From NCBI RefSeq assembly GCF_009914755.1, contig NC_060938.1: a stretch of DNA of 64,000 nucleotides. One strand, 5' to 3'. A model generated the notes under the pieces. That model worked only from the letters and a program-made list of their open reading frames with translations. It did not search any database and had not been told where the DNA came from. The position numbers were made by a program, and so were the translations under genes. Below are positions 1 to 15,945 of the stretch, one piece after another. Numbering within the stretch: position 1 is the stretch's first letter; each line of letters opens with the position of its first letter. The DNA is from the human T2T-CHM13v2.0 reference genome, Homo sapiens.

Positions 1-780
1 GGGATCCCAGGCCTCTTCCTCTCTCCCTGGTTGCCTAGGAGCGGTCATTGTTCTGAAGCCCCAGAGCAAAGGGGATCTCAAACAAATGCTCCATCCTGGG
101 GCCTTCCTGCTGGATCTGACATTTGGGATGTTTTTAATTCCTGGAGAGACAGATTTGCCACAGGGGAGAAATGACCTCTCTGTGGGCCGCTCCTGGTTAG
201 GCTGCCTAGGACGCAAGGGAGCGAGGCAGGAGAGACCATCTCTGTTTTACGGGGCTCTCCCGGTATCTTCAGAGAGTCCAGGTAAAGGCCTGCCTTGGTG
301 CCAATGGCAGAAACCTTACTGGCCCAGACCAGGCCTGGGATTCCTGTGGTGCCCTCGGCTCGCTGCTAGCATGGTCTCAGAGGACTCATGTTGCCCCCAT
401 GATGGGAGCCCATGCAGAGTGGGTGGGTGGAGAGGCCAGGAGGCGGCAGGTGCAGATGCGTGTTTGAGGATTGCGTGCAGGGAGGGCGAGGCGGGGGCCC
501 GTGGTCAGTTAGGATCTGTCCGTTGTCAAATGCAGGGAATGAAGTGGCTCTCTCTCTTTCAGGCCAGCGCCAGGCAGGTGGACAGTGTTTCCAGTGGCCT
601 TCCTGTGGCCTCGACATGGTCAGCTCCCGGGCTGCCTCTGTGGCTAGCTCTGGGACCTCCCCAGGTGCCACATCCCTGGCTCCATGGGACCCTCTCCAGG
701 CCTGGGGCCAGCAGGACCCCTGGAGATGTGCCCCTCTTTCTCTGGTTCACACAGCACCATCGACTTGGCCCCCAGCATGT

Positions 781-986
781 CCTCAGCCACCGTCATCATC
801 TCTCCATCCCTCAGCCACCGTCATCATCTCTCCATCCCTCAGCCACCGTCATCATCTCTCCACCCCTCAGCCACCGTCATCATCTCTCCATCCCTCAGCC
901 ACCGTCATCATCTCTCCATCCCTCAGCCACCGTCATCATCTCTCCATCCCTCAGCCAACGTCATCATCTCTCCATCCCTCAGCCAC
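781..986. repeat. Minisatellite, 28-bp unit x ~7.4
   Basis: CCTCAGCCACCGTCATCATCTCTCCATC repeated at 781, 809, 837, 865, 893, 921, 949, 977 (partial). Confidence 0.95.
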
Positions 987-2573
987 GATCCCAGTTGAGG
1001 TCACATCCTACCCACAGGGGCCCTACTGTGCCCCAGGTCCCTCGGCGACCAAGCTCCGGTCCTCATCTCACGTTCACTCTGAACCAAGGCAAGCTGTCTG
1101 GACTTCCACCCTGACCATGCCACTGCCCTGCTCACAGCTGGGGCCTGCCAGCCTCGGGATACAGTCCTTGGTCCCCCATTCCAGCCTCTCCACCAGGCCT
1201 GCCTCCCTCCAGTCATGTGGCAGCCGTGCATGTGGCCCCTCACTCCGGCCTTGGCATGCCTGTTCCCTGTGCTGGGATGGCCCCATCGTCCCCACCTCAC
1301 CCTCTGCTTCCTGGCTACCTCCCTCCTCCTGAAGCTCCGCTTACTCCTCCTCTCCTCCAGGAAGCCCTCCCTCACTACCTCCCTCCCGGAACTTCTCCTC
1401 CACTTTGGGGCTAACTCTCCCTTCCTGGCCCCCCACCCCCAGCCCAGTCTAATTGGAGTGTGGCCGGAGCTTCAGTCAGGGCAGTGCAGGTTAGCAAATG
1501 GTTGTGGATGAGTGCCTGTGGGCATGTATGGGCTTCCAGTTGCCTCTGCAGGACTTGGGTGGGGGAGGAGGTACAGCCCCCCGGGTGCCCCCGTCCACTC
1601 CCCTTACCGTAACACCGACCTTCACCAGCCCTCCACTTCCTGGTGAAAAGCAGACCTGTGGCCTTGGGCGTCTGCAGCAAGGCCTCAGCTTGGGTCGCTT
1701 CTCTCCTGTCAGCGTGGGCCAGCGTGGGCTGCTGTGGCCCCGGCTGCTCCAGGTTGGGGGGATTAATTGGCCTGTTGCTGGAGGCAGGCAGAGGCTGGAC
1801 GGCGGGTAGGCAGAGCAGGCGAGGGGGACCCAAGACCTGAGCCCCTGTGTTTGCGGGGTGAGGGCGGTGTCCCTGGAGGGAGGGGGTGCTTCTGGCCCTA
1901 GGCGAGGGTCCCTGGTGAGCGCCTCTGCAGGGACCCATCCACAGGGCAGCCCACATTAGCATTCTCTGCACAAGAGTTTGCAAAGGAATGACTCACACTC
2001 TGGCTGACTAATTTGAAAGTAAGCTGCTTTTGCTGCAAGAAGGTTCAGTGAATCTTAAAAACTGCGTGATGGAGATTTTATTCCTTGTTCTAGACCTTTC
2101 CTTCTGCCAGGAAGGTGGCTCTGCCTCGGTTTACGCCTTTGGTTTGCTCATCTGGGGAAGTGGTTGGGGGATTGCGGGAAAACTGAGACTCCCAGGCTTG
2201 GCTTGCTTAGTGCTCACAGGTCGCATGCCCTCGGCAAATGACTGAACCTCACCGGACAGCAGGGCGCACCCACGGCACAACACACACATTTGGCGGAATG
2301 GGGACCCAAGCCCTGCTGAACCAGGATGAGGACCTCCTCCCACACGGGGTGGTGGGCTTCACAGAGAGGTACATGAGGGGAAGGATTATTTTCCCCTTTT
2401 ACAGACAGGTAGCCCAACAGTGCAGAGAGGTTAAATCATCCATCTGAGGTCACACAACTGCTAGGTACAGAAGGTGGGATCACCCCACCGGGCTGGTCAC
2501 TGCCCTCAGCCTTCCCAGCTTAGTTCCCCACCCTGAGTTAGAGCAGAGCCTCAAGCTTGAGGAGATGACTTCT

Positions 2574-2682
2574 TTTCTTTCTTTCCTTCCTTCCCTTCCC
2601 TTCCCCTCCCCTCCCCTCCCCTTTCATCCCCTCCCTTTCCTTCCTTCCTTCCTTCCTTCCTTCCTTCCTTCCTTCCTTCCTT

Positions 2683-2756
<74 letters not shown>

Positions 2757-2815
2757 TCCTTCCTTCCTTCTTTCTTTCTTTCCTTCTTTCCTTCTTTCCT
2801 TCTTTCTTTTTTTTG
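2574..2815. repeat. Compound (TTCC)n/(TC)n/(TTTC)n microsatellite derived from an Alu tail
   Basis: Almost pure pyrimidine tract; (TTCC)11 at 2637-2680. Confidence 0.95.
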
Positions 2816-3095
2816 ATGGAGTTTCGTTGTTGTTGCCCAGGCTGGAGCACAATGGGGCGATCTCGGCTCACCGCAACCTCCGCCTTCCGGGGTTCAACTG
2901 ATTCTCCTGCCTTAGCCTCCTTAGTAGCTGCGATTAGAGGCATGCGCCACCATGCCCGGCTAATTTTATACTTTTAGTAGAGACGGGGTTTCTCCATGTT
3001 GGTTAGGCTGGTCTTGAACTCCCGACCTCAGGTGATCTGCCCAGCTTGGCCTCCCAAATTGCTGGGATTACAGACATGAGCCACCGCGCCCGGCC
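2816..3095 (-). mobile_element. AluS (Sp-like)
   Basis: Reverse Alu consensus; TSD gagg(a/g)gatgactt at 2559 and 3096. Confidence 0.9.
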
Positions 3096-3398
3096 GAGGG
3101 GATGACTTTTATCTGTGTCCTACAGGAGGCGAGTTGCTCTGGAAGAGTCTCAAGCTGGGAAGTGGGAAATCGCGTCTGAGCATCCGTCACGAAGGGAGGG
3201 AGCCCTCCAGGAGGTGCTGCAGGTGGGAGGCTGAGAGTGAAAGGTGGCCTGAGCTGTGTGGGACAAAGGATGCACCTCGGAGATGGACCCTAGCTCTGGT
3301 GTTGACGGGAGAGCGGATGAGGGAAGGAGAATCCTAAAGGGAACTCCCGAGACCCTGAATTGAACAATTCATCTCCTCTAGGGCCTGACCTCCCTTGA

Positions 3399-3854
<456 letters not shown>

Positions 3855-4299
3855 TGAACAGTGTCCACCTTCCTGCAGCAAAGCGTTGCCCCCAAGTCTC
3901 CTCTTGGGCAGCTGCTCAGGGTGAGGGGGTGTGTTGAAGCCTTGAGGGAGAGTGACCTCTGCAGCATCCCCTGCGCCTTTGCCCAACTGACCTCAGGAAG
4001 GGAGGGGATGGAGGTGGTGGAGGCCACAGCATGAATTCCCTGCACCCTGAGCCCTCAGGCTGCTGAGTGCGATGGCTTGTTGGCTACATGGCTTTGGGAG
4101 AGCTAGTTGCACATCCTGTGCCTCAGTTTCCTCACCTGCACATGGGAATCATCATACGGGCTGGTCATCACGTGGTTCTTACCCTGCAGCGCTCGCAGTA
4201 GCCCGCTTTAAAGATGGACGTGATGAATGAATGGATTAGTACACACTGGGGACAGAGGGAGTGCTGGATAAAGTTTTGCTGTGATGCCTCTGTTTTTTT

Positions 4300-4480
4300 A
4301 CTTGCTGTGTTTCTCTGGGCAAGTGGCTCGGCGTCTCTGAGACCCAGCTGCTTCACCTGCAAAGTTGTGATAACGATGGTGCCTGTTTCCCAGGGAATTC
4401 GGGAGGTCTTGATGAGGTGGCTCATAGAAGACGCTTGGCATGAGGCCTGGCACCTTTTAAGTGCTCCATTAGAGCTCACT
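4300..4480 (+). mobile_element. MIR
   Basis: tgggcaagt...tctctgagacccagctgcttcacctgcaaa core. Confidence 0.65.
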
Positions 4481-5374
4481 GTGATGATTATGAAGTGGCA
4501 GCGCTGGGACTGGCGCCCAGCCCGGGCGGGCTTACCCGCCTCGCTGCACCGACCTCCTCGGCAGCGACCTCACCTTCCATGGGAAGCTGTTTCCTTCTGG
4601 CAGCAGATGATGGGCAGAAAATTGAAAAACCTAGTCAAAGTAGCATATTCGTTTCCTAGAGCCCCCGCTCCTTCCCATCACCGTAATACAAGCCAGAGAT
4701 AATATCCTCCCAAATAGGTTTACTGAAGTCAACCCATTACAAGTGCGGACATGCTTGGAGATAACAGAAGCCTGCGAGTTCTTAATATCCTGCCTGGCAT
4801 GCGGGAGGAATAAATGAGCGGCGAGACCAGACAGCCCCGGCTGCAAATACGCTGCCACGTCCCTCGGCCATCCATCAGCCCGCGTGTCAGGTGGTGTCTT
4901 TGGCCCCGGGTTTGGGAAATATTGTCACCATAGGGATGGAGTCAAGTGCCTCCTTTCAAAAATAGATCTGCTTAACATTTATTAACTTAGACAACTGCAC
5001 CAGAAAAACAATCAATTCCTTGAACTCTATAATCACGCACCTCACATGGCTCCCTTCCTTAGTGTCAGTTCTGGTGATAAAGGTGGTTTGGGTCCAATGG
5101 GGAGGTGAATGGCCTGGAAGCGGAGGTACGAGAGGGTGCGAGGCGAGGTGTCTGGCTGTGATGTTCCGCAGCGAGCTGAGACCCAATTACTTTTTGACCT
5201 ACTAGTCTCCAGAGCCAGTCATTCATCACGCTAGCTGGGGCCAGGGGCCTCCTCAGTCCCTGCCCGGCGCCGGGCTGGGGCCAAGGGCATAGAGAAAGCA
5301 AAAAGTGGTCCTGCCCCCAAAGAAGCTGCCATTAATTGAGAAGAGACAGTGACAAGTATCTGGGATCACTCTTG

Positions 5375-6300
5375 GTGATCTCATCCTGTCCATGGCTGTA
5401 AATTCCACTCATGCTCTGATGAGTCCTGAATTTATGTTGGCAGCCAGGACCTCTGCCTTGAACCCCGAGCACTGCCATCCAAAAATCCTCTCCATACCTT
5501 CACTGGGATGTCTAATGGGCATCCTCAACATGCCCCTGCCCCAGGCTGAGTCCCCAGTCCTCCCTGCGGCTGCTGTCCTGCAGCCAGCCCCATCTCCTGC
5601 AGCCAAAGTGGGGGTCCTCTTTGACTCCTCCCCTTCCCCAACACCCCACAGCCAACCTGTGAAGAAGGCCTGTGAGACCTGCCCTCTGAGACTAGCAGGT
5701 TCCAGCCACACCAAATGGCCTCCGTGGATGGCTGGGGCAGCTCCCACCTGGCCCCGTGCTTCCACGCGTGCTGTGCCTTCCCATTCATCTCGACCTAGCG
5801 GCTGGAGGAATCCAGCACAGGCATGAGCTGCACCAAGCCCTCCTCTGTCCACAGCCCGCCAAGGGCTCCTGGGTCACCCGGCCAAACATGAGTCCCTGCC
5901 AAAACCTCTGAAGCCCTGGCGCCCTCCAGTCCCTGTGCCTCCCTGAGCTCATTTCCTACCACTCGCCACCTCTCACTCCACCACAGCCACACGCACTTCC
6001 CAGGTACTCTGCAAACACGCCGGCCACACTCTTGCCCCAGGGCCCTTGCGCTCGCTGGCGCCTGGGCATTCTTCTTCGGGTCTGCTCCCTGGGCCTGAAA
6101 CTGCACCTTCCCCTGAGCACATTCCTCTAATACTAGCTCGCTCGCCTTGTTTGAGGTCTGTCTCCACCGGCAGAAAGTGAGGCTGGGGTGGCTGAGGTCT
6201 GTGCGGTCATTGCCGAGTGCCCAGGGCCTTGCTGGGCACATGCTGAGCACTCAGGAAGTGTGTGCTGAATGAGTAAACGAGTGAATCACTGATCGAATGA
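5375..6300 (+). mobile_element. L2 (LINE2) 3' fragment
   Basis: L2-like body, ending gcacatgctgagcactcaggaagtgtgtgctgaatgagt. Confidence 0.65.
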
Positions 6301-7819
6301 CACATAGCTCTCCCTGAGAGGGCTGCCCACCCTCCCTGCCACTTCAGAGACTTCCGCTGCGGCTCTTTCATGGAGGCGGCGTCCTCTCCCAGTGGACAAG
6401 CTGGAGCCTGCCCCTGCCTGGCTCTGCTCTTGTCATGGACGGTGTGGATACAGGCTCAACCCCCACCTGCCCCTGCCTGAGTCTGCAGGGACAGTGATAT
6501 CTCTCGAGGTCACTTCATCTCTGAAAAGACCTTCCTCCTTCCCTCTCCATGGACGGAACATCTTCCTCCCTCCCTCTCCATGGCTGCAACATGTCAGCCT
6601 CTCCCCTATGTTTCCCTTCTGGAATATTCCATTCAATAATTCCTCTTCCAACCGCCTGTCCCTCTGGAAACCTCAATTCACAATTAAAATCTCCCACTCT
6701 CTTGACCACCCCTACCTGGCTCCTCCAGCATCGGTCCCTACCCCACGACCCAAGTGGAAACCTGGGGTTCCTGGTGCCTCCCCGGCCACCCCCTGCTCCC
6801 CTCTCCCCCAGCCCCCTTCTCTGCAGCTCCTGAGTCTCCACGCCCCGTCCACCCCTTCTGCGTACCCACCCCTCCCAAGCACTGGATGGTGAGGCGAGGA
6901 CTAGGCCCTGCAGCTTGTGGGGCACAGCAGGCCCCCAAGAGAGGGTGAGGCTGGGCAGGGCAGCGGACAGCCCTCATGCTGGAGTAAAGAGGTGCCACTT
7001 ATGCATGCGACGAACCCCTTAAAGATGAGCCGCACAGCCTCGGGCCTCTCGGAAGCTTCCAGGCTGTATGCCCTGTGTTCTCTATTGATACAGTTCAGTT
7101 CGATCCACTTAACAAACATTTACCCAGGGCACACAGAGCCCTTCCGCCCCTCGGAGCCGACTGCCTCTGCCCCTTCTCCCCTCCTTCTGTCTCATCCTCT
7201 TCCTCTGAGCCCTCTCCTTCTCTTCTCTCCTTCCTCTCCCTCCTCCCCATCTCTTTCTTCTCCTCCTCTGCCTCTTCTGGAGGCTCCTCCAGAGACCCCT
7301 TCCCCCCACCCGACTCTCAGGGTCTCACACTCTGCCTCAGCCCCGAGCTCCTGGCTGCCCGAGCCCGGCTGGCTCTGAAGGAGGGATGGGGCGGGGAAGC
7401 GGGCTTCCTTGGGTCCACTTTGCAGATGGCTGCGAAGATGGCCAAGGAAAGGGAGACCCAGGCAGGGGGAACTGCCTGGGCAAAGGCACACGGGTGGGAG
7501 GCAGGTGGCCTTCCCCGGGACCAGAACACACGGCGGTCAGAAGGCAGCAGCAACCATGCCTACACAGCAACAGCGGCTGCGGCCAGTGCTGCGTTACACT
7601 CGCGCCTTCTTGACGGAGCATGACTAGGGCTGCTCCTTGGTGGAGGGGCCAGGGACATCTGAGTGGGCTTGCAGAGATAAGCCTGCCATGGGGGCTAAGG
7701 ACTGGGCCTGGTTTGGGACTGGCTGTAGGCGCTACTTCAGGGAGGATCCTGTCCACTCACCTTTGTGTCCCCCAGTTGGGCCTGGGTCGTGGAAACGCTA
7801 GCAGTGGTCAGCTCCAGCC

Positions 7820-8000
7820 TGTGCTTACTATGTGTCTGGCGTAGATCCAGCACATTTGCACGGATGTAAACTCCCAAGCCCTCCCAGGGTCCCTCAGAGG
7901 AAGGCACTGCTATTATTCCTATTTTACAGATAAGGGAATGAAGGCACAGAGAGGTTTAGTAGCCTGGCCAAGGACACACAGCACAGCAGGGATTCAAACT
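7820..8000 (-). mobile_element. MIR
   Basis: cctattttacagataagggaatgaaggcacagagaggtt core. Confidence 0.7.
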
Positions 8001-10067
8001 GTGGGAGTAGGTGACCTGCAAATGCTTGTGGCATTGACGAGTGAACAGACAAGCTGAAACTGTCACCACATGCCTCTGACAAGACGGAGGGTGACCACAG
8101 CCAGGCTCTGGGCCAGCTGTGCCAGGGCAGAGACAGATGGATTTCTTCTCCCAGCTTGTTCCTTGGCCTGGTGATGGGGAGAAGTGAATTCTCTTAGCTG
8201 ACTCTGTTCATTCATTTGCTCATCTGCTGATTCATTCATTCATTCATTTATTCATCAAGTACTAATCAAACACTCAGGCCCTGGGGAATGAGGGGTGACA
8301 AAGACCCAGCTCCTGTCCTCCCTGGTGTAGCCGCCTGGCCAGCAGGAAGACACTTAGATGGGGCTCCACAAGAGGCAGCGTGGTGTGGTCAGAGAGTGGT
8401 CCCCGAGGGGCCTCCGGGGATGAGGAGCTTGCAGGCTGAGCTCATGCAAGGAAAACAGGCTGGGTATCCTCTGCTCTGTCTGGGAGGCTCAGTGCTCTCC
8501 CGCTCGCTTGGCGGGGCACCGACCTCCTGCCGCCCGGAGCCCTCCTGTCTCTGACTTTGTTTTCCTTCCTCTCATCTTTCTCGCCCACTTCTAATTTATC
8601 TGTCTGCACCGGTGTCACTTCCTAAGCCCCCCTAAAGCCTGTGCAGAATGAACTGGGGATAAATAACATGAACGCCGCCAGCGACGGCATGTTGGGACGG
8701 CCAGATCCGCCCAGAAGGTGATCAGAAAAACTTCAAGGACTTAATTGTTCCGATTGCCTTGATTTTTCTATTCTAGCCAAGAGCCTCTAAGGCCAAAATG
8801 GTGTCCCTGTCTACACCTCCCCTCTTCCACCCCCTGATATTCTCTAAACCAAATTAAAAAAAAAATGTCTGTGTGGGTCAGGGAGGAGGGGTTCCTCTGA
8901 AATTGCTGAATGAGAGTATTCGGCCTTGAGAAAGTGGCCTCCAAGTCAACCGGCTTTGTAAGTCACTCTTCATTTAAGATAAAAAGTGAATTTGTTCATC
9001 TTATCCATATTTTGTCGTTTGTTCTAAGACATTTTTTTCCCCTCAACTCTCTCTGAACAAAAATAGCCATTTGACCATGAGTTAGAAAGCCGGGGGCCCT
9101 TCCGGCCCCTGCTAGCCGCCCCCGCTTACATCTGGAGAGCACAGCCACTTTCAGCACCCCTCCCTGTTTTCATCTGGGTTTCTCTAAAAGATGAGGGTTC
9201 TAAATGCTGTCGACAAAACCGATCACCTGCTCACCCTTCCTAATGGGGCTAAGCGCTCCGGGGTGAGGTGTCTCGGAGCACCGCACTGTGGCTGCTGACA
9301 GATTCAGCACGAGCCAGGCCAGGGAGAGGGTCTCATCTTTTATGGACCTATCTCGTCCATATTCTTTTACAAAAATCTCACTCTGTTGAAAATTCCTTTC
9401 CTAGTTATTTTATCATCAGATAAATATGTCTTCAAAATCACAGCCATAAACATGACATCCAAAGACCTAAAAAAAAAAAGAATCCAAATCTCCAGCCTCC
9501 CTGTTAATCCAACATAAAGGAGCCAACCGACGTCACCACCGAACTGGTTGGTGAGGAGTTGAATGGAGGTACTCTTAGCTCTGTTCTTCTCACTGACACA
9601 TTCAGCCTTATCTGATACTGAAGGCTTGAGGCAAGTTCCCTGGCTGCACCATCTTCCCCCGAGATTGTGGGAAGGCAGCTGGTCTTTGATCTGCCCGTGT
9701 GATTGTGCACAGACTGTGCTTTCCACAGGACTGATCCGAGCCAGGCGCGCTCTCCACTCAGTAGCAAAACCCTCTGGTGCTGCTCCTTTGGAACACGCAT
9801 GACCAGCATGTAAATATTGCTGCCAGGGGCTGGTTTCTTGCAGCGGCGGCTCAGAGTCTTCTTGTCTGGTTCAGTGGCCTGCCAAACCCTTGTGGAGCTG
9901 GAGAGTTTGGGTGTTGTGGTAATCATGGAGACAGGGAGAGTGTTGGACTTAGTGGACACTGGAAGGTAAACCGGGGAAGTTGTGGACTTCCTAAATCCAG
10001 TCTTGTCAGTGCCCCATGTTATTTGCATGTGTCTTGTGGACAGGGTGGGGTAATGCCTGCAGCACTA

Positions 10068-10472
<405 letters not shown>

Positions 10473-11653
10473 TTAGCCTGGGATTTGGGTGCAAGCTGAT
10501 GATTGAGGAAGGGCTTCTGGGGCCCGCCAGGGACCGGGAGGAAACCAGGCAGGGCTGTCCCAGACACACCTGGGCTCAGGGGCATGGCTCACCTGGGGGA
10601 TCCACACGCCTTAGACAGGGGCTGCGGGGGACTTAACTTCCCAGGGTCTTCAGCTCCTTCCTGGGTGGGCACAGTAGGGAGTGGCCTCTGAGGAATGCTG
10701 CAGGTGCTGCCTGTTGGGAGAACAGGTTGCTGGAGGGGTGGGGGAGGGTGGTAGGAGAGCCTTTGCCATCACCCCAGCACGGGTTACACAGCTCATCCAA
10801 GGTCACACAGCTGCTGGGGGGCAGGGCTGGGAGGGGGCGGGTAAGGCTGGAATTGAGGGGCTTCGTGGAAGCCAGGGGCTTTCATGGGGAACCCCAAGTC
10901 CTAAAGACACAGGATCAGAAGATGACAATATTGTTTTTCAGGAGCCATGTGAGCCGTACAGTACTGGGGAGAGGACCGAAGGCTGGGTCCCAGGTGAAGC
11001 CCTACCGGCTACTGGAGCACTGGGCACCAGGGGCTTCACCCCTCAATGCCCGGCCACATGCACATCATCCGATCCCAATAGCCCAGGAGCTCCTAGGCCT
11101 CAACCCTTAGAAAGGCAGCATTTCACAACCTCCCTCCCCACCATGAGTCTTCATGGGTGTGGCTCCGGCTCACCCCGCGGCTCTGGGCTGCCCACCGCAT
11201 GGCCCCACGGCCCCTGGCAGTGTTTCTCTCTTCTCCTGGGCTGCAGAGGGCCAGGGTCTCCCAGAAAACCTTTTCCGTCCCTGCTAGTTAAATTTGTTTT
11301 TTTCAACAGCTTTTACAGAGATGGAGTTTATACATCATAAATATCACTCCTTTTAAGTATCTAATTCAATAGTGTTTAGTGAATTTGCAGAATTGTACAA
11401 CCATTATCACAATCTAATTTTAGAACGTTTCCATCACCAAAAAGAAACCTTGCGCTCTGCTGATTTGTTTTTTTCATGTCTTCACTGCGGGGCCTCCCCT
11501 CCCCACTCTATGAACAGTAATGGATACCTGTGCACTGTGTCTCCTGCCAGGTTCTGATCCAGGGCTTTCTAAGCACGTATTCACTTACCATCCGGGCAGC
11601 CAGGTGGGGCAGGTCCTCCTATGATCCGAGGCCAAAAGTGTCGAAGTACCTGC

Positions 11654-13115
<1,462 letters not shown>

Positions 13116-15042
13116 AGTTTGCCCAAGGTGACACCATTGGTGGATGGAAGGACTAGGATTGGAGCCCAGGCAAGGTTCTGGTAGGGAGTGGGAGCAGGGC
13201 TTGCCCATTCCACCACAGCAAGGCAGGTGGATGGGGGCTGCGGGAGGGCAAGAAGGGCTCTGTGGTTACCAGTTTGCAGCCCCAGGAGGATCCACGCTCC
13301 TAGTGAAAGCCAGGCCATGAGGCTCTGTGCTGGTTGGAAGTGGGAAAGCTCAGGTCTCATTCATTCATCCAATCATTCATTCATTCATTCCACCTTCACC
13401 CAGATCTGAAGATGGCCTTGGTGGCTTGTGACATAGTTCTGAGCAGTGCTCTGGACCAAGCTTGTTCTTCAGATCCATCCTTGGCCTCATGAGGGGCCGG
13501 GCAGGTCAATACCCTCTGCCTATACACCTGCAGGATCCCCTTGCAGGCTGTCAATCCCGAAGCCCCAGAACCGCGCAGATTTCCTTCTGTGTTAATACCT
13601 TAAAAATTGAAGAAAAATCCAGCTGTCACACAATGTCACTGTTGAAGGCCTTGATGTTATTCTTCCTTCACTCTGCTCCAGAATGGCTTTAAAGTGGCTT
13701 ATCTAGTGACACCCACATAGCAAGTAGAGGGAGGCTGGGATGAGGGCAAACCGGGCAGGGGGAAGGGAGCTGGTGAGGCACACAGAGGCCAGCATGAAGC
13801 TGTGCAGACCCTGTGGGCAGGCCACAGGGAGGGGCACTGAGCTTCCTAGTGGCCAGCAGGAAGAGGGGGTCATGGTAGTGTGAGATAGAAGCAGAGCGTG
13901 GGCTAGGGCTCTGTCCGGGGCAGGTGAAAGCACTGTCGAGTAAGAACAACTTGAGAAGGGACAGCAAACACCAGGCTGAGCCCCTGTCTCTGCTGGGCTG
14001 GCCCTAGTCTGGCTGGGAGGTGGGAGGCATATGTTCTGATTTTGTTTTCTGGCATTTTCCCCTTTGAGAAGCTCTTGCTGTCTTGTTTGGGCACACAGTC
14101 CAGCCGACCACAGTACCCCACCTCATCCACAAGGTGGGACGTGACGTGGAGCTGGGGGTGGGGTGGATGGGTGGTGGTCAGAGTCCGTTTTGGGAATTCC
14201 TATGAGCTGGAACAGAGAGATGAGCTGCCGTGCACTGGGGGATTGTGAGCTATGGTGACAATGTGAGCGGGAAGGGGCTGTCCCATCTTTCATGACATCG
14301 TAGAGATGGTCATCTGCTTCAAGAAGGAATGAGGCCAGGGCCCAAGGGAGAGCAGGACTGAGCAGAAAGAAAAGGTGGTTAGGTGAAGAGGGAACCCTGA
14401 TAAGATCCATCTGCTCCTGGATCCACCCATGCCTGACATCCTGATACTTTCCCCAGACCCTTCAGTTAAGTGAGTCCACAAAGTACTAACAGATTGCTTT
14501 AAACAAATTGCTTTTGCCAGGAACGTCTCAATCACGTAGGTATCTAATCTGAAAAGGACAGAGTGGGAAGGGCCTGGGGAGGAGGAAGACAGGAAGACTC
14601 GTTAGCTGGCTTTAAATCCTCTCCTCCATGCCTTTGGTGGCCTTTGGGCTGGGGGGAGGGGGCCCGACTGTACTCCCTGAAAGTGGGATTCAGTGCGCAG
14701 GGATAACAGGGCTGGCCTTGGCGGTCCTATGCAGGCCATTCGCTGTGGCTGGCACTGTGGAGGTGCATTTTGGGGAGGGGGTGTAATGAGGACAGACAGG
14801 TACTGAGCCACAGAGCTCACAGTCTACTGGGCAGGGGTCATCAGAGGCCCCCAAAAGAACATTGCGCACCTCTTGCCCCTGGAGTCCGGCCACAGGATGC
14901 CAGCTAGTGCAGGAATAAGACTTTTTCTTTCCCCCTTAGAAAGTATTTTGTTTCTTCACCAAGACACAGAGAAGGAGCTGCTCCTGGTATTTCTGAAGCA
15001 CGAATGCTTTGCTTTTAGTCATCTGGGGTCCTTCTCCTGGGG

Positions 15043-15251
15043 CAGGGCTTCTGACCTCGGCCTTTGGGGCCGGAGGATTCTTTGTGGGGGCCTGTCCTGT
15101 GCATCGTGGGGTGTTCAGCAGCAACTCTGGTCTCTATCCACTGGGCTCCAGCGACCCTTTCTCAATTCCGATTGAAACAACCAGAAATGCCCCCAGGCAT
15201 TGCTAAATGTCCCCTGGAGGGGGACAAAAATCACCTCGATTGAGCACCAGT
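15043..15251 (-). mobile_element. MER20 (hAT-Charlie DNA transposon)
   Basis: cattgctaaatgtcccctggagggggacaaaaatcacc matches reverse MER20. Confidence 0.75.
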
Positions 15252-15334
15252 TTCCTGGGAACATCTACCTTCATGCTTTGGACACAGGAAGATACAGCAG
15301 AAAAGGGTAAACAAAGAAGTTAATTCTTTCTTTT

Positions 15335-15945
15335 TTTTTGGTGATTTAAAAAATTGTAAACTTTATATAACATAAAATTGATGATTGTAACCATTTTATA
15401 GTGGCACTAAGTACACTGACATTGTTGTAAAACCACCATTATCTATTTCCAGAATGTTTTCATCATCCTAAACAGCAACTCTGTGCCCATTAAACAACAG
15501 CTCCCTCATCTCCCCTCTCTCCAGCCCCTGGCAACTACCACTTCTACTTTCTGTCTACGAGTTTGACTACTCTGGGAACCTCGTATACTCATACGGTATT
15601 TGTCCTTTTGTGTCTGGCTGATGTCACTGAGCATAAGATCTCCGAGGTTCATCCATTTGCAGCATGTGTCAGAATGTCCTTCCTTTTCCAGGCTGAGTAA
15701 TACTTCACTGTGTGCACACACCACATTTTGTTAACCCATTCATCCATCGATGGACATTTGGGTGGTTTCCACCTTTTGGTTTTCATGAATTATGCTGCAT
15801 TGAATGTCTACGTTGTGAAAGGTGTACAAGTATCCACTGGAGACCCTGCTTCCCGTTCTTCTGACTGCATACTCAGCAGCGGAATTGCTGGATCATATAG
15901 CAATTTGGTGTTTAACTTTTTGAGGAGCCTCCATACTGTTTAGAA
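15335..15945 (-). mobile_element. L1M (L1MB-like) 3' fragment
   Basis: ggaattgctggatcatatag...tttaactttttgagg; cattcatccatcgatggacatttggg. Confidence 0.85.

Noticed and set aside
781-986. Regular ~28-bp repeats (CRISPR-like period)
   Set aside because: Head-to-tail units with no unique spacers in human DNA; a minisatellite.
86-1332. Long ORFs 86..1114 (342 aa) and 412..1332 (306 aa)
   Set aside because: Length comes from GC-rich sequence and the stop-free 28-bp VNTR; no domain or exon structure.
2538-2943. K/E/R-rich and F/L/S-rich ORFs
   Set aside because: Translations of the microsatellite and Alu.
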